Source: Eledone cirrhosa (taxonomy: Eukaryota). Taken from it: a stretch of DNA of 64,000 nt. The DNA is taken from contig OZ024740.1 in NCBI GenBank assembly GCA_964016885.1, positions 341,868,001-341,932,000 of the forward strand. The letters are read 5' to 3'. How positions within the stretch are numbered: the first letter of the stretch is position 1; each line of letters starts with the position of its first letter. Of the stretch, positions 38,901 through 53,263 are shown one piece after another. A program made the translations under genes and the position numbers. The notes under the pieces are model-generated. The model searched no databases. It was not told the DNA's origin and saw nothing but the letters and a program-made list of their open reading frames with translations.

Positions 38901-41900
38901 AAAAATATTTTATATTAACCAGCAGCAGTAAAAATTTCAACTGGCTCCAGTGACTGCCATGATGTGTCATGTGGTATAACATTTGATATACTGCACCCAA
39001 TAACAAACATATATATATATGGTATATCACATTCTGTAATAACCCCCAGCAAGTCATAATATAATAGTTTCCAGAACCAACACTATACAGCAGCCAACTT
39101 TATTCAATAGTGATTTTGAAAGAGTTTTTACAAAGAATATAAGTGGCATTCTACTGAATTAGAATAACTGTTGTTATTACTCTTGGGAGTTGTGTTTCTT
39201 TTTAGACAAACAGGATGATGACCTTTCATTTACACAATGTCTTTCTTTATTTGTTTCTTTAAATTCACATTGAATGGTGGTTCAAAAGATGATTGATATT
39301 AAAAGTATTGATGGTCATTTTTAAGAGTTAGGAGACAGATTCATGGCAGCTCCAAAGCCATTCAACTGAGAAAAAATTTATTTTATGGAAGAATTACATA
39401 TGATTAGCAAGTTTTGATACACAGGACAAAACAATTGATTTTAATCATACAAGGGATTGCTAATCTCAGTACTGAAAAGTTTTTCAACTGAAATGCTAAT
39501 CTATATCACAATTTTCAATTTTCAATTTTCTTTAAATTCCAGTTTATATATGGTTTTGTCATAGTGCAAGACAATGTTTTTGTCAGTTGATTCATATGAT
39601 TACTCATTCAAAACAATGTATATAACAACCCAAATTAACAGACTAGGAAACGATTCCTGATGGCCAATTTCTGATTAGCATACAGTAAATTAATAGACCA
39701 ACATAATGTTATTTTTTAGACTATATATATATATGGCAGTGCTACAGCATGACCTCAGCCTGTACGTTGGAACACATAATAGAATAGAATATAGCAGGGA
39801 AAGTGGACATTAAGACAATGATGAAGATTATGATATATATATGTGTTTGTGTTGATAGTGTGTGTTTGTAGATATATGTATATGTAGCAAGCATATCTTT
39901 TAGCAAAAGAAACAGAAATGCATGCTACACATACTTATATGTACAAACACTTATATCTGCCTTTTACATACCTTTACACACACATACACACCTATCTTTT
40001 AACTCATTCCAATTCTCCAATATCTATCTCATGGACCAATTACTCAAGAATCATGTTGTGTTTGATATGAAGGGGAGCAATATAATTAAGGATATGTACC
40101 TGAAAAGAAATGGGTGGATAAACTATAAAATAATTGTTTCTACTTTTGGCACAAGGCCAGCAATTACCCAGTGCATTACTGGTAAAATAATAATATGTAC
40201 CAACATACAAAAAACAGTAGAGAATTGATGTTATCAATAAGAGAAGTTTTACCAAATCCTTGTATAATTTTATGGAATAATGGTATGAATTAGACAAGTA
40301 TGAAGTTTAATTTTTTAATGTCTTTGAAAACTGTTTAGTCAGGGAGGCAAGAGCAATGCCTGTGGCCATTTTTAATGCTTCAAAGACTAGTGCTAAGGAG
40401 CGCTAGTCTTCCAAGATCCATGGAGTGGTGTTAAACCAGTGAGGGATTAAGTCTACCATAGACCAAATTAAGCCCTTTTGAGATCCTAAAAACTTAAAAG
40501 ATTGTAGTACCTCCTCTTCATATATAAAGTTAGCAAAAAAAAACTTTTGGTAGGGAATGACAAATGCATTTCATTTGAATAAAATGATTCCTTTCTTCCC
40601 TTGATACCTGCACATATGCTTATTTCTCTTAATCATTAACCCAGCCCCAGGTCTACCACTCCATACATCTCATTTCTTGCAATTCTAGTGCACAGCTCTT
40701 CATTTAACATGTCTTCTCTCCAGACTACATAATCAGATCAAGTCAATTACCTCATTTTCATACAGTCAATGACATAGTCATATTATCTATTTCTTTAGTT
40801 CACACAGAAATCATAATCAACTTGTCTCCACTATACAATCTACATATCAACCATTTCTGAAATAGGACTATGGCATTTATCACTCATTGCTTAATACCAC
40901 AGAAATTGGAATAAGTCTTCCTGCTGAATTAGACTGTACAATTAATTACACAAATATTTGATGGGTTAATTTTAGGGATGGAATTTAGCCATTATTGACT
41001 TATTTACCAATATTTCATTGTTAATAAAATAATTACTTTGGAAATAATTAATACTTTGTTAATTGGTGAGAAATTGATGACATATGTCTCGTTTGATATG
41101 AAATAAAATCTGTAAATGTATAAATGTAAAAAAAAACTAACTTCACATTTGTGCTGTCTGTGATTAGTGTTAGTGTTAACATATAATGCACAATTTTTAT
41201 ACAAAAAAAATCTGAGCAACCATTTTAAAAATAAAATGAGCAAGAATTTTAAGAAAATGATATGATTCTTAAAATGATCAAAGATAATCTTGTTATTCTT
41301 TTCATCAATTGTAAAGTTTCACTGTTTAATTGGGGTGTGTTGAAAGCAGACCAGTTCTTTCTGAAGGCAGCGGACCTAAAACTAAAAGATGAAATGTTAT
41401 TATAATTTACTTAAACAGTTATGTACTTGACATGGAAATTATCTTTTTAATTTGATGAATTTTAAAGGAAATGACAATATAGATTGAAGAAATAAGTGTC
41501 AGGAAAAGGTGTTTAGGAGAATTAAATAGCAATTTATAGGATTTGCCTGGATTTGCAACCGGTAGTTAGTATTAGCAATTGGAAAGACCAATGGAAACAT
41601 TGTTTCCTTGGTCCGATTTGACGAGCTCCACTCCACTCATTAAGCGAATGAGGTCTGGGATCTTGTCAATCGACATATATTATATGAAAAACATCTGGGG
41701 TTTTGGGCTCACGATTGTAAAGTCATTGTTTTGATGCTCTAACCAGGTGGTACATTGTGACCTTGAGCAAGGCACTTCATTTCATGTTGCTCTAGTTCAT
41801 TCATCTAAAAAAATGACTATCAACTCATCCAAAAGGCAGTTTTATATTCTCAGTAGTTTAACACCCTAAGTTCTGAGGCTCAAGATAGACCTTTTTTTTT

Positions 41901-42815
41901 AATAGGAATTTTTAGTTCAATAAAATGAGATAATTTTGTGGAATAGTTCTGTTGGCACTGTTTGATCAGTTATTTCCTGTGTTAATGGAATTTCATTTTT
42001 CCAAAAGTTGAATATTGTTGCATGATTATTAAAGTATATATATAAGAGTATATTTGTAAAATGATGATGAACTTGATACTATAATTGTAATTTCTCCTCA
42101 GATCTTCCAAACTACATGTTGTATATACTATGCAGAGAATAAACTTTTTTTGACAGTAGAAATAATTACTTGAACTTCTTCCACCACCTCTATTCATACA
42201 TTGATCTCTGTACTATTGCTTGATCTGATCTAAATCTGCCGTTAATTATATCAGCTAAAAAATAATGAAAATTTAAGGAGACTGGTGTTGAGCTGTGTCA
42301 GCAGCAGTTAGCCCTTAAGAGTGTTCCTAGAGATTACTAACACTAAATTCTTCACTCCTCATGACAACTGAGCTTATCAAACTCTTCTCAGAACTCTCTA
42401 ACAAAACTTGCCTATATGACTGATCAAGGTGTTGGCTACTTCACTGTAACTGCTCAACTAAAGTTCTGATCCCTACATATACTTACTCACTAGTTATACT
42501 GTCTATACAATATTAAGTTTAAGCTTATTCCTGCATACCAACAAAGTCACTTCTCTGCTAGAAACTAGTACATTAGTTTATTTTACTTAAGTGCTGAAAC
42601 CCATTCTTCAAGTCTTAACCATCTGTTTTCAGTTCTTTGACAGTAATTTTTATGTGTATTTTGTTCTTTGTGAATGTTTTAAGATAAATATAAAGAGAAG
42701 AGGGTTGATGACAGAGTCTCGATGGATATCTACCTACATTTATTTCTGCATTATATATCATCATATATATATATATATATATCTTATCAAATGATTCTAT
42801 GGACATAATTTATAG

Positions 42816-42849
<34 letters not shown>

Positions 42850-42902
42850 CACATATATATATATATATACATAATTAACATAATTAAATTAGTTTGTAAT
42901 AC

Positions 42903-43125
42903 TTCATGCTGGATCGGCAACTGGTATGTAGATTTTCATGATAAATGTCCCTAAATTGAAGAATGCTTCCCTGATAAATTCGTGAATTCTTCAAATATTG
43001 GTCTTTTCCAATACTTGCTCCTTCCACGAATGAAACGATGGGAGGGAGATCGATATATAAGTGAGATAGACTAAAAATTGTTTTCGGTCTGTGTGGCTTA
43101 TACTCCCATAAATAGAGTTTTTTCT
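42903..43125 (-). CDS. Orphan candidate exon between gene B and gene A
   Basis: 73 open codons (KKLYLWEYKPHRPKTIFSLSHLYIDLPPIVSFVEG...HTSCRSSM) between ttaag (or ttttag at 43070) and a weak gtatta donor; phase 1-2. No family recognised. Confidence 0.35.
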
Positions 43126-43970
43126 CTTAAATTTAAGATATATGTATATTTAAATTTAAGGTATATATATATTGTTCAAATTACATGTCTTTAAGGTTTA
43201 GTCAGAGCAGGAATGACACTGCCCATGACCTTTGCAGGGCATCAAGACTGGTGGTAGTGGGGACCAAAACTCATGGGTTATTTTTTTATCAAAAGCTGGT
43301 TCATATGCTTGCATAAGAATAAGTGCAGCTAAATGCACCTAAGAGCCAGGTAGTGGTTTTAAACTGAACAAAGGACTAAGTGTGCTATATACTGTGAAAA
43401 TTGCATAACAAAAAATATGTAAATAATTACAATCTATCTCACAGCCTATGGCAGTAGATTGTTAGAATTGTTAAAGCATCAGACAAGAGGCTTTGCTGCA
43501 TTTGTTCTGACTCTTTATATTCTAAATTTAAATCCTGCCTTGGCTTACTTGGGTGGTAGATTTCATTTGTCAACCAGAATAACACCACTGCCTGGAACTT
43601 GGGTACTTGGCTGCCTTTAGCAGAATCTGCTCTGTTGCAGGTCTCCTATTTGAGACTACCTTTCTTCCTCTCATCAATTTTGGAAGTCCTGAAAAAGGTG
43701 GTTGGCACTGTTTTTTCCCTCCTGCTTAACTAAACAGTCAAACACGCACACACATGCATTCATATGGCACATACACACCTATATGTGGCTCTCTAGTAAT
43801 AAAGTATTTAAACGAACAAAAAAGAGAATAACTTCACAACTTTGTAAAGAGAGTAAAATATCTAGAAACCTGATAAGTTTAAGTAAGCAGGGTTACAGAA
43901 ATAAAGAAAGTCTATATTGACTCTTTCTTTATTTTATTGATTTGTTCTTTTTGCAAGCCATAAACATTAT

Positions 43971-44155
43971 ACGAGGGTAGGCTAAAAAGTTCATTGGCTG
44001 ACTATGAAGGAGTGATGTTAGAGCTATGAAATCTTGCATGCATAAATTTCAACTCTTCTTATTAATAACTGCATTTTTTTTTTCCAGGGATTACCTCATT
44101 TGGTCATTCCCTGAGAGTATCTTGATCAGCCTATAAACTTTTCAGCTGACCTTCA
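43971..44155. mobile_element. Mariner-type MITE
   Basis: TA-CGAGGGTAGGCTAAAAAGTTCATTGGCTGA at the left end and a degenerate inverted copy tcagcctataaacttttcagctgaccttc at the right. Confidence 0.65.
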
Positions 44156-44380
44156 ATTTGAAATTTGCTTCTTAGTTGGAGAAAGAAAATATGGCCTATA
44201 GTAGTAATTCCCCATCTCACAGCCATACAGTTTACAACCTTGTGATGACGAAAACACAAGATTTTGTTTGCTCACTGTAGTCAAGTAACATTTGGCCAAG
44301 TCTGTACTAAGATAAGTGAGTGATTATGTAATCTAGGTGCTATAAACAATTTTAACAAGCCAATAATGGAGACTCTATAC

Positions 44381-44675
44381 CAGGCATGGGCAACCTTTTT
44401 AGAGAAGTGGGCCGCATGAGATATGGTTCATCATCAGGCGGGCTGCAAGCGCTAATTTTTACATTCATGCCCACATTAAAAAAAAGGGGGCGGTAACTCA
44501 GGTTGTTTTGATTTGTTTCTTCTGAATTCGTACACATTGTTTTCCTCGATCGTAAAAATGATAGAAAGATCAATTACTACCGAAAAGTTGGGGTAATAAA
44601 ATCAGAAAGATTTCACTTAGATGACTTAGGCGAGACACTCAGAAAGATTCGCGGGCCGCAGGTTGCCCATGACTG
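44381..44675. mobile_element. hAT/Charlie-type MITE
   Basis: TIRs caggcatgggcaacc / ggttgcccatgactg; perfect 8-bp TSD ctctatac. Confidence 0.9.
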
Positions 44676-47093
44676 CTCTATACTGTCACTTGAACTGCTA
44701 AAAATAGCAGCCATATCTTCCTTAAATTACACCATGCCATTTTTTTTAGAGCAAATTAATTTAATCTAAAGGTGTTGAATATTATATGCATAATTATAAT
44801 TTATAATTGATTTTAATTATATCTTTGAAACCACGTGGCTTAGTGGTTAGAGAGTTGGATTAGCAATCGTGAGGTTTCAATTCTCAAACCGGGTGATGCA
44901 TTGTGTCCTTGAGCAAGACACTCTATTTCATAGTCCGACCAGTAGATAGTATCAGCAATGGAAACATTGTTTCCTTGGTCCAATTTGATGAGGTCCATCC
45001 CACTCTGCAGGTGAATGAGGTCTGGGATCTTGTCAATCGATTAAAAAAATATATATCTTTAAAAAAATAGTTTCAATGAATATTTCACCTTTTATTTGAC
45101 TATGTTTTCACACAGTTTGTCTCTCAACCAATTTGTTCTTCTACAAATATTGTATATACTCATGTATAAGTTGCATCTTCCCATTTCCACGAAAATACAT
45201 GAAAATCATGTAACTTTTCTACTACTGAACCTACAAAACTTCAATTCAAGAAGTATGTTTTTCATGAATGTCTTTTGACCCATGTATATTTCGACTAATA
45301 AGTTTTCAGTGAATGTTTCTAGACCCTTTTTATATATCGTTACCTGTAAATTTCCCCTTTCATTGAGTTGAAATAAGTATACTTACATCTGTCTGGTGTG
45401 ACATTGAGCAATGACAATATACAAAAATGTCAGTATAAACTTCAACAAATGAGATGTTTTAAAGATATCTTGTCAACTTAAGATGATTAAGATGTTCATT
45501 TATAAAATGATTAGCTTTGTTAATTAAATGTGGCATCTAGAAATGCTGTGCTGTCATCATGTATCTTATGTATTTTATGTCCTTCTAGAAGGGCCTGCTT
45601 CAGGTGCATCAAGACTTTTACGCTTGTATTTATTAGCATCATTAGTATAAACTGAAATTATAGAAATCAAAATATATTAAACTAAGATTTAAGAAAAGCA
45701 ACATTTAAATGTTGTGTAAATGCTTAGTAGATAGCAGTTTAAAGTATTTAAATATTTTTCTCTTCTCTGAAATACATACATTGAATACAATTATATTAAT
45801 CCACATGCTTGAATCAATATATACATACTTAAGAAAAATGTAAATACTATAGGTAATCATTTCTGTTGGCAAAAAAGTTTTAACATTAAATTATCCCCAG
45901 AATGCTTAGTTTGTCATTGATAAAACAATTTGTAAAATTTTGTTCTTTTATTAAACTCCTCCAAATATTTGGTTATTTTCAAAATTAATTGAAACCTATG
46001 GGCAGCATATTTCAATACAAGTATGGTAATAAAAGGGTCAATGAACTGTCTTTGTCCAAAGACATAAAAGAACATTTTCAGTTAATTTAAACTCACCAGC
46101 CATCACCAATGATCTGCTAAACACATACACTCTTTTTCTTTTCACATAAACATATATTACACATTGATATACAAACATACTCTCATATATATATTACGTT
46201 GTCATAATTCACACATTTTACATAAATTTACTTCAATATTAAAAAGGAAATCATGTTAAAGATTAAATGAAATAAAAATAAGAGTTAATGAGTTTTGAAA
46301 ACAGAATCAGTAAGAAATATAGTGTTCCACTTATCTCTGATATGATTTAATTATTTCCAATTTTGATAATTTTTCGCCACCTATCTTGACAACAGATTTA
46401 TGTATTAATCTTTAGCACGCTAATAATTTTTATGAGTTGTTTCCCATTATCTATTATGGGGAAATTACTTTTATGGCACCCTCTGTCGCCCACAGCGCGT
46501 TGAAGGTTAAAAAAGGTGTTGATAAGAAGTTGTTAATCCTCCATTTGTTAGCAACCAAATACTCTCTTTAACTCCCCATGGAAATACTACTTATAAATCC
46601 ACTATTATTAAGGCTTTAGTAAATTTATTAATCAAACTAGCTGCCAAGAATACATTATATAATCAAAGCCTCAATAATAGTGGATTTATAAGCAGTATAT
46701 TAATTTTATTTTCCTTACAGGTTCAAATCTTTAATTGAAGAAGATAAAAGTTTACTATCAGAGAAAGAGATCACAAATGTTTAATAAATGAGTAGTCAGA
46801 AATTATTAGAATTCTAATTGAAAAGTGTTAGAGATAAGTGAAACACTTTGTGTGATGTAAGTTGAAGATTATTAGAATAGTTAATATCGTGTAAAAGAAC
46901 CATATTTAAAAAAAAATATCAATGTTACTAATGTATTACTTGATTTGTATCAGTGCTATTATACTGTACTACAAAATATATCTATTGACTTTTAGTTAAT
47001 GCTATATGTATAGACTTCCTAAGTATCTTCTTGTCTTTATATACAATGTCTTTGTGAACAGATAAAGAGGGATCAGTAACTGTTTTAATTCTA

Positions 47094-47940
47094 TGTTAGG
47101 ATTTCATTAGTGACTGAATACCCTTCTTCACTGTCCATGGAAATGCTATTTATGTAGATTTGGGGGACTTGCCAGAAGCAGAAGTAGGACAGGGGTTGCT
47201 CTCTGTCACTTTTGGACTGTCAAACACAGAGGGCGTGTTCTTGCCAGAGGTTTAGGTGGGTAGGGCACTCACGGATATACTCCATCTAGACAAGATCAAC
47301 CAAGGAGACTCCCATGAGGTAGGTGAGCTATGCTTTTCCTTCCTTTACATCAAGCTATTTCAGCATCATGTGGGGGTTTTTTCATCTATCTTCTCTTATT
47401 CCTGGCCTGCAGACAATATGTCGACAAAGTTAAAAATTGATAGCAATACCATCAGACACTTCTTTGTCAAAGGAGATGTAATTGCCTGGATTTGAAAGAT
47501 CAAAATGGTGGCTAGGTTGCAAGGCATTGAAGATGTAGCAGGCCTCAGGGTACAATACTTGGAGGGAAATGCGTTGGTGTTGTACCTTGAGATGAACAAA
47601 GCAAACCAACTAGACATGGAGAAGATTGAACAGCACCTAAGGGAAGAGTTCATGGAAGGGTTGTTTGCTGCATTTGCCAAACAAGGAAAAGTGAGGTGGA
47701 TGGGAAAGCAGATGGATGTGTATGTGGCAGAAATACGGATATTGGCCACACTCTTTGGATTTACAGGCAGCCTAGAAAAGGCAGTGCAGTTGGTGTGAGT
47801 GAATGGCTTCCCTGATGAGATATCAGTGAAACTGCAACAACTGTCAGACAATGAAACGATGTTCATGTGTCAATTAATCACTCAAGCCTGTGTGTTGATG
47901 TAGATTAATATAGGACAATCCAACTGACTAGAGAGTTGGT
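47094..47940 (+). mobile_element. Gypsy-like LTR retrotransposon remnant (possible LTR 47094-47368 plus decayed gag)
   Basis: Gag-like GDVIAWI*KIKMVARLQGIEDVA...YLEGNALVLYLEM; a TG...CA segment precedes it. Confidence 0.6.
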
Positions 47941-50900
47941 AGTGTTTTTTTTTAAAACTTAGGTCAGGGGATGGAAGGGCAGTACCCATGATTCTTTTTA
48001 GGGACTTCCAAGTCTGCTGGGAGTGATGAAAAGAAGGATTCTCAAACTGGAGACTTAATCTGAATACTTACAACAGAGTGTCCTCTGCTAAAGGCACCCT
48101 AGGACCAGGTAGCGGTTTTAAACTAGGGGGTGATTTTAGTCTACCACCCAAGCAGACTACAGCAAGATTTGAACTTTAACTGCAAAGGGCCAGAGCAAAA
48201 ACCCCAAATCATCTTGTCCAATGTTCTAATAAATCCACATATCTACTGCCCTGGACTGGTACTTTATTTTATTAATCCATAAGGTATAAAAGGCCAAGCT
48301 GACCATGGCAGGATTTGAACTCAGAGAACACAGATCTGGAACAAATATTGCAAAGAATTTTTTTCTATGCTCTAAGAACCTTGCCAATTCTCTGTGCTGT
48401 ATTGTGTACACCAGAAAGAAACAAAACTTTTGCTAACCCATCTATCTGGTTGCAATTAGATAGCATAGGAGTTGGGAGGTTTCACTGCTATAAGAAATAG
48501 AGATAATGTCAACTGTTAATATTTGCAAAGATAAGCTGACACTCCTCAATTTCACAGGCACCACCTAAATAGAGAATGTACAGTCTTTTAAAAACTTAAC
48601 ATCTTGAAATTTAGGTTAAACATCAGGAATTTTCAACTGCTTCAGATAAATGGGTAAAGTATAGAAAAAATGGTTGTAAAGATTTGTAGATAGTTAACTA
48701 AAAATTTAAATTTTTACTGTAACTTTTGTTTCTATAGAGACCATATTTTTGTGGCCTCTGAGTCAAAATTCTCTTCACATGTTCTTAGTGTGCGTGATAT
48801 CCAATTTCTATCAGCACCTTGCCAATATTTTGAGAAATCGTTGACAACTGATGCTGTCTTATTTAATTCTTACATCCTGTAATGCTGTAGCAGAAAATAT
48901 AAAATCATGGGTTTGTTAATTCTAATGTTTATAATATTGTTATTACTGGACAGATTGTCGTGAAAATTTGCAATATTAGAGTTTATAAACTTTAATATTT
49001 AATATGGTGCTGTTTTGTACTATTCTAGAATATCTTACTAATATGGTTTCTTGCAGTATAGGACATCAATAGCTAAAAGCCATAAAATGAGATGAATTCA
49101 GTTAAATTCAAATGAGCTGGGTACACCACATCATGGAAAACACTGACTTTTGATTGGTTCATCCACAAAGTTCAGGAGAGGAGGATAGATTTTTTTGTAG
49201 TAGTAATTGCAGTGAAATAACAAGAATCTTTCCTCCTCTCCTGAAATTTATGGATGACCCAATCAAAAACTATCCATCCCTAAACTCCTGATCGAGGTCT
49301 GAAAACAGCTGTTTTCCTCCAGAGAAAGAAAGTGAGACCAAGTGAAAAAGAGGAATAGAGGAAGAATTTACCTTAGTACTAGACTGATACCTTACTGATA
49401 ACCTCAAAAGAATGAAAGACAAAGTTGAACTCAGAGCACAGAAAACCAGATTGAATACCGCAAAGTATTCTATCTGATTTCCTAACAACTCTGACAATGT
49501 GCTGTCTATTCAGTGATAATACTTCTTTTTACAAATGTATTTAGTCATTAATGATATATTATATTGCAAACTTTATCCTGTAGAAATGGAAATGTATGAA
49601 AGATAGTTATAAAAGGTAAAAAAATAAATATAGAAATAAATGGTGAGTGTACATGCAAAACAATGTTCGGAGAAAAAATGTTTTGTTTAGTAATCTTAAA
49701 TTTTAATTATTTCAGTAAATTTCTTAACACTTTAACATTTACATTAGTCTATATATACTATTGTATTTTCGCGGTAAATCTTTATCTCACTTGATATTGA
49801 ATCGATGAGATTTTGATATTATTTATTTTGTGAACAATACCTTAGCATCAGTATGAGTGGCCAGTTACAGACGGTCAGAAAGTTGTGGGAGAATTCTGGT
49901 CAGATACAGCCGGTTTAAATGCTAATGGGTTAACCAATTTAGTTCTGTTTTCATTTTGCTGATCTCTTCCACACACATACTAGCAACAAGTAATAATGAA
50001 CATTATTGTGTATTGTGTTCAAGTACACTACAACTCATCAAAGTAGCCTTGATTCAAATGGAAAGTAATTAATACTAATTAATGACATAGTTGTAATGAA
50101 ATGTAATTATTTTTGTTATTTATCTTCATTACTGTGTACACATACACACACATTCCAATATCATTATTAATATTTTAAACTCTATTTTTCTATGCGGGTA
50201 TGGGTTGGACAGGTCTGCTATACTACTTATCCTCGCTTATCTGTCTCTCGTCAACTCCCTCGATAAGTCCCAGTATTCTGATCTCAACAATGTTTTCTTC
50301 TTCCACAGTTAACCTCCATATCAGCACATCATCCTAGTTCACCCTGGACTAGTCATATATTCCCATCAAATGTTCACATCAGTGAATCAGCTTTCCAACA
50401 TACCTCATCAATTTATGTGTTTAATGCTTCAATGCTTTAGCTTTACTGTGGGTTACCAAAACACATCCAACAGTTCAAACTTATATCTTTTTTGTTTAGT
50501 ATTCACAGATCTTCCACATTTAACCCTTTAGTATTTACATTACTGTATATTTACTATTGTATTTTCATGGTAAAGGCTTTATCTAACAATTATCTCACAT
50601 AATATCAAATCTATGAGATTTTGATATTATTTATTTTGAGAACAATACCTTAAAGTCAGTATGAGGGGCAGTTACAGCCGGTTTGAACAGAAAGAGGTGA
50701 GAGATTCTGCCCAGGTTTAAATGCTAAAGGGTTAATGTCCATGCTACACTACCACAAAGGCCAGGTCCCTAGATTTTCATGTATTTCAGGTCTCCTTTGG
50801 CATTTTTCAATCTTTCACCCCACTACAGCAAAAAAAAAAAAAAAATTAAAAAGTGATGTGCTACTGCAAGGAATTTAGGCTTTAGTTTGGTCAGCCTTAT

Positions 50901-53195
50901 GAATAATATGGCTCTGATCACTCTTTGTAATATACTTCATTTAGTCTGCCTTTTTACATGAAGAGAGAAACCAACACATTCACTAGCATAGAGAACACAC
51001 ATAGAATACTTAGATACAGACTCCAGATCATATACTTCTGTCCTCACCAGTTTGATCAAAGTTATTTATAACCTAACAAAATTACCCAATTAGAGAATGT
51101 TATAAATGAAAATGAGTTCTGTTGTTCATACAAGCAATGTGTTGTTGAGGAAAAATATGTGAATGTAGAGAGGTTGATCAAAGTCTGAACAATTAGCAAT
51201 ATTGAAATTTGTTAGTTCTGTGATGATTTTAGGAATTATATTGAAAGTATATATTAAAAAAAAAGATGGAAATATTTCAGGCAGAATCAACCAGGAAGAT
51301 GTTTTGCAAGATAATAAACTGTCATTATAAATACTGAAATGTTCAGATTAAACATATATTGAAACCTAGTGTGCTGAAGTCAAATGTTAAAATAAAAAGG
51401 ATATTATATAAAATAATTTAAATGTGGCCTCTCATCGGGCACCAGGATAAAATTTTGTCCTGGCACCCGATGAGAGGCCAGTATTGAAATGGCTCCTCCA
51501 CTATACAATGGTGGTTATAATTGGACCCCGAAACTAAAGGTCGCGCATATATGTTAAGTGTATGAAATATTGATTATACTAAATAAGCTCTCTTGCAATA
51601 GATTCAGCATTGTTTTCTTTGGCCTTTTATCTATGGATATCCTGCATATATATACATATATATATAAGTAGATCCCGAGTTGAATTGTGGGTAGCCACAG
51701 TAAATAAGGTATTCAATACATGTATAGAGTGAAGACAGAAGTTCATATAGAAAGGGCTTCTTCAGGACTAGAACTTTCATTTGCGATGATTTCATACAAA
51801 TGAAACAGTTCTAATCCTGTGGAAGCCTTTTCTATATAAACTTATACCTATATATACATATATATATTTTGGGGAGGGTTTTATTGTTATAATATTGCCA
51901 GAAATAATAACAGAACACACTCACTGTTTGGTTGGTTTTCGCTTCTGTATCTTTTATATCTCCCTAGTTAATTTATTTGGCAATCAATGTTTATCATTGA
52001 TTGACCAGCAGTTAAAAATATAGATATAAATATATAGTCTATCAAAGTTCTTTCGTCACACATCTGCAACATCATCAGTGGTACTATTATGTTTTCTCCT
52101 ATTGTATTGTAATTAATGTCTACGCCATTTTCTATGGAGATATAAAAGATACAGAAGCAAAACCCAACCAAACAGTGAGTGTGTCTGTTATTATTTCTGG
52201 CAATATTATAACAACTAGCAGAAAACCACCCGGAGGGTTCATGCATTGGCCTTCCACCATTAATTAAATCATCACTGTGATGTCTGAGGTAAATTATTCT
52301 CTGAAGGTAGTAACTTAACTAGACACAACTAGATTCATACAGTCTATATTTCATCTCATCTATCAGAGGAATGGGAGATGGTATCAATTCTGTAGGAACG
52401 TGTAATAAAAAAAATAACAGCCTACAAGTAGATGTAGCTAAAAACATAGGTTTTACATGTAGCCATTGCACCAGGACAGTAAGCAGGAAATGACCAGAGG
52501 AAACATGCACTATCAAATTTTTCTCAGAATAATGGAATAAAACTGAAGTATGGCTCTCTTCTTAGTGATACTTTCATCTTTACATTTTTATTAAACCTGT
52601 TTCTTATATCTTATAAGCATGTTTATTAAACTACCGAATATTTATTTTATCTACTCCCAAGCTAGAGTTCCTCTCCTTAAATAAGCTGGTTCACAGAGAG
52701 CCATACTTCAGTTTTATTCCATTATTCTGAGAAAAGTTCTTCTCTTTAAGTTCTTAGTGTATAGCTTTAACTCACCAATCACTAACCCATGGTGGAGCAC
52801 ATTTTTCACAGAAAAGCCTTTGTGAATACTATCATGTGTGTGTTTGTTTTCCTACTCAGGACAAAGTAAATTTTGACTTTCCAATCCAAGTAACTGAACA
52901 GGCCAGATGATTGTCTGGAGTTTTACTGTTTGTATTACAAATAGCAAATTCATTCTCATTACACAGATCCAGGAGAATGGTTCCTGCTTCAATTTTTATA
53001 TCCTGTTCATAACTAGTTTATTTTCTTGCAAAAGGAAGCAGTGTGAAGTTAGGTAGTACAGAATATTTGTGTGAGCATACAAACACATACACTTTCATAT
53101 ATACAGGTAGATAAATTGATAGAGAGAGAGAGAGAGGAGGGTATAATGGGAGAATAATACAAACATAGATGTGTATATATCAATGAAATTTGATA

Positions 53196-53263
53196 TCAAA
53201 CATAGGATATCAGACCAGATTTGTTTAAACTGTATACAGAACTCCTTCTTAGTGTTGCTTTCA
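53196..53263 (-). CDS. Gene B putative last coding exon
   Basis: ttcctatgtttcag acceptor; phase 1 (V)KATLRRSSVYSLNKSGLISYV-TGA. Confidence 0.6.

Noticed and set aside
41260-41375. Candidate minus-strand terminal exon (SAAFRKNWSAF...)
   Set aside because: The acceptor is good and the phase fits the 43-kb exon, but there is no homology or other support.
41982-42255. Minus-strand acceptor followed by a short ORF
   Set aside because: Contains stops and a WWKKFK remnant, consistent with an old RTE fragment.
48730-48885. Exon-like minus-strand segment (NDFSKYWQGADRNW...)
   Set aside because: All three frames from the best acceptor hit early stops, and there is no convincing donor. It could be a decayed exon but is not supportable.
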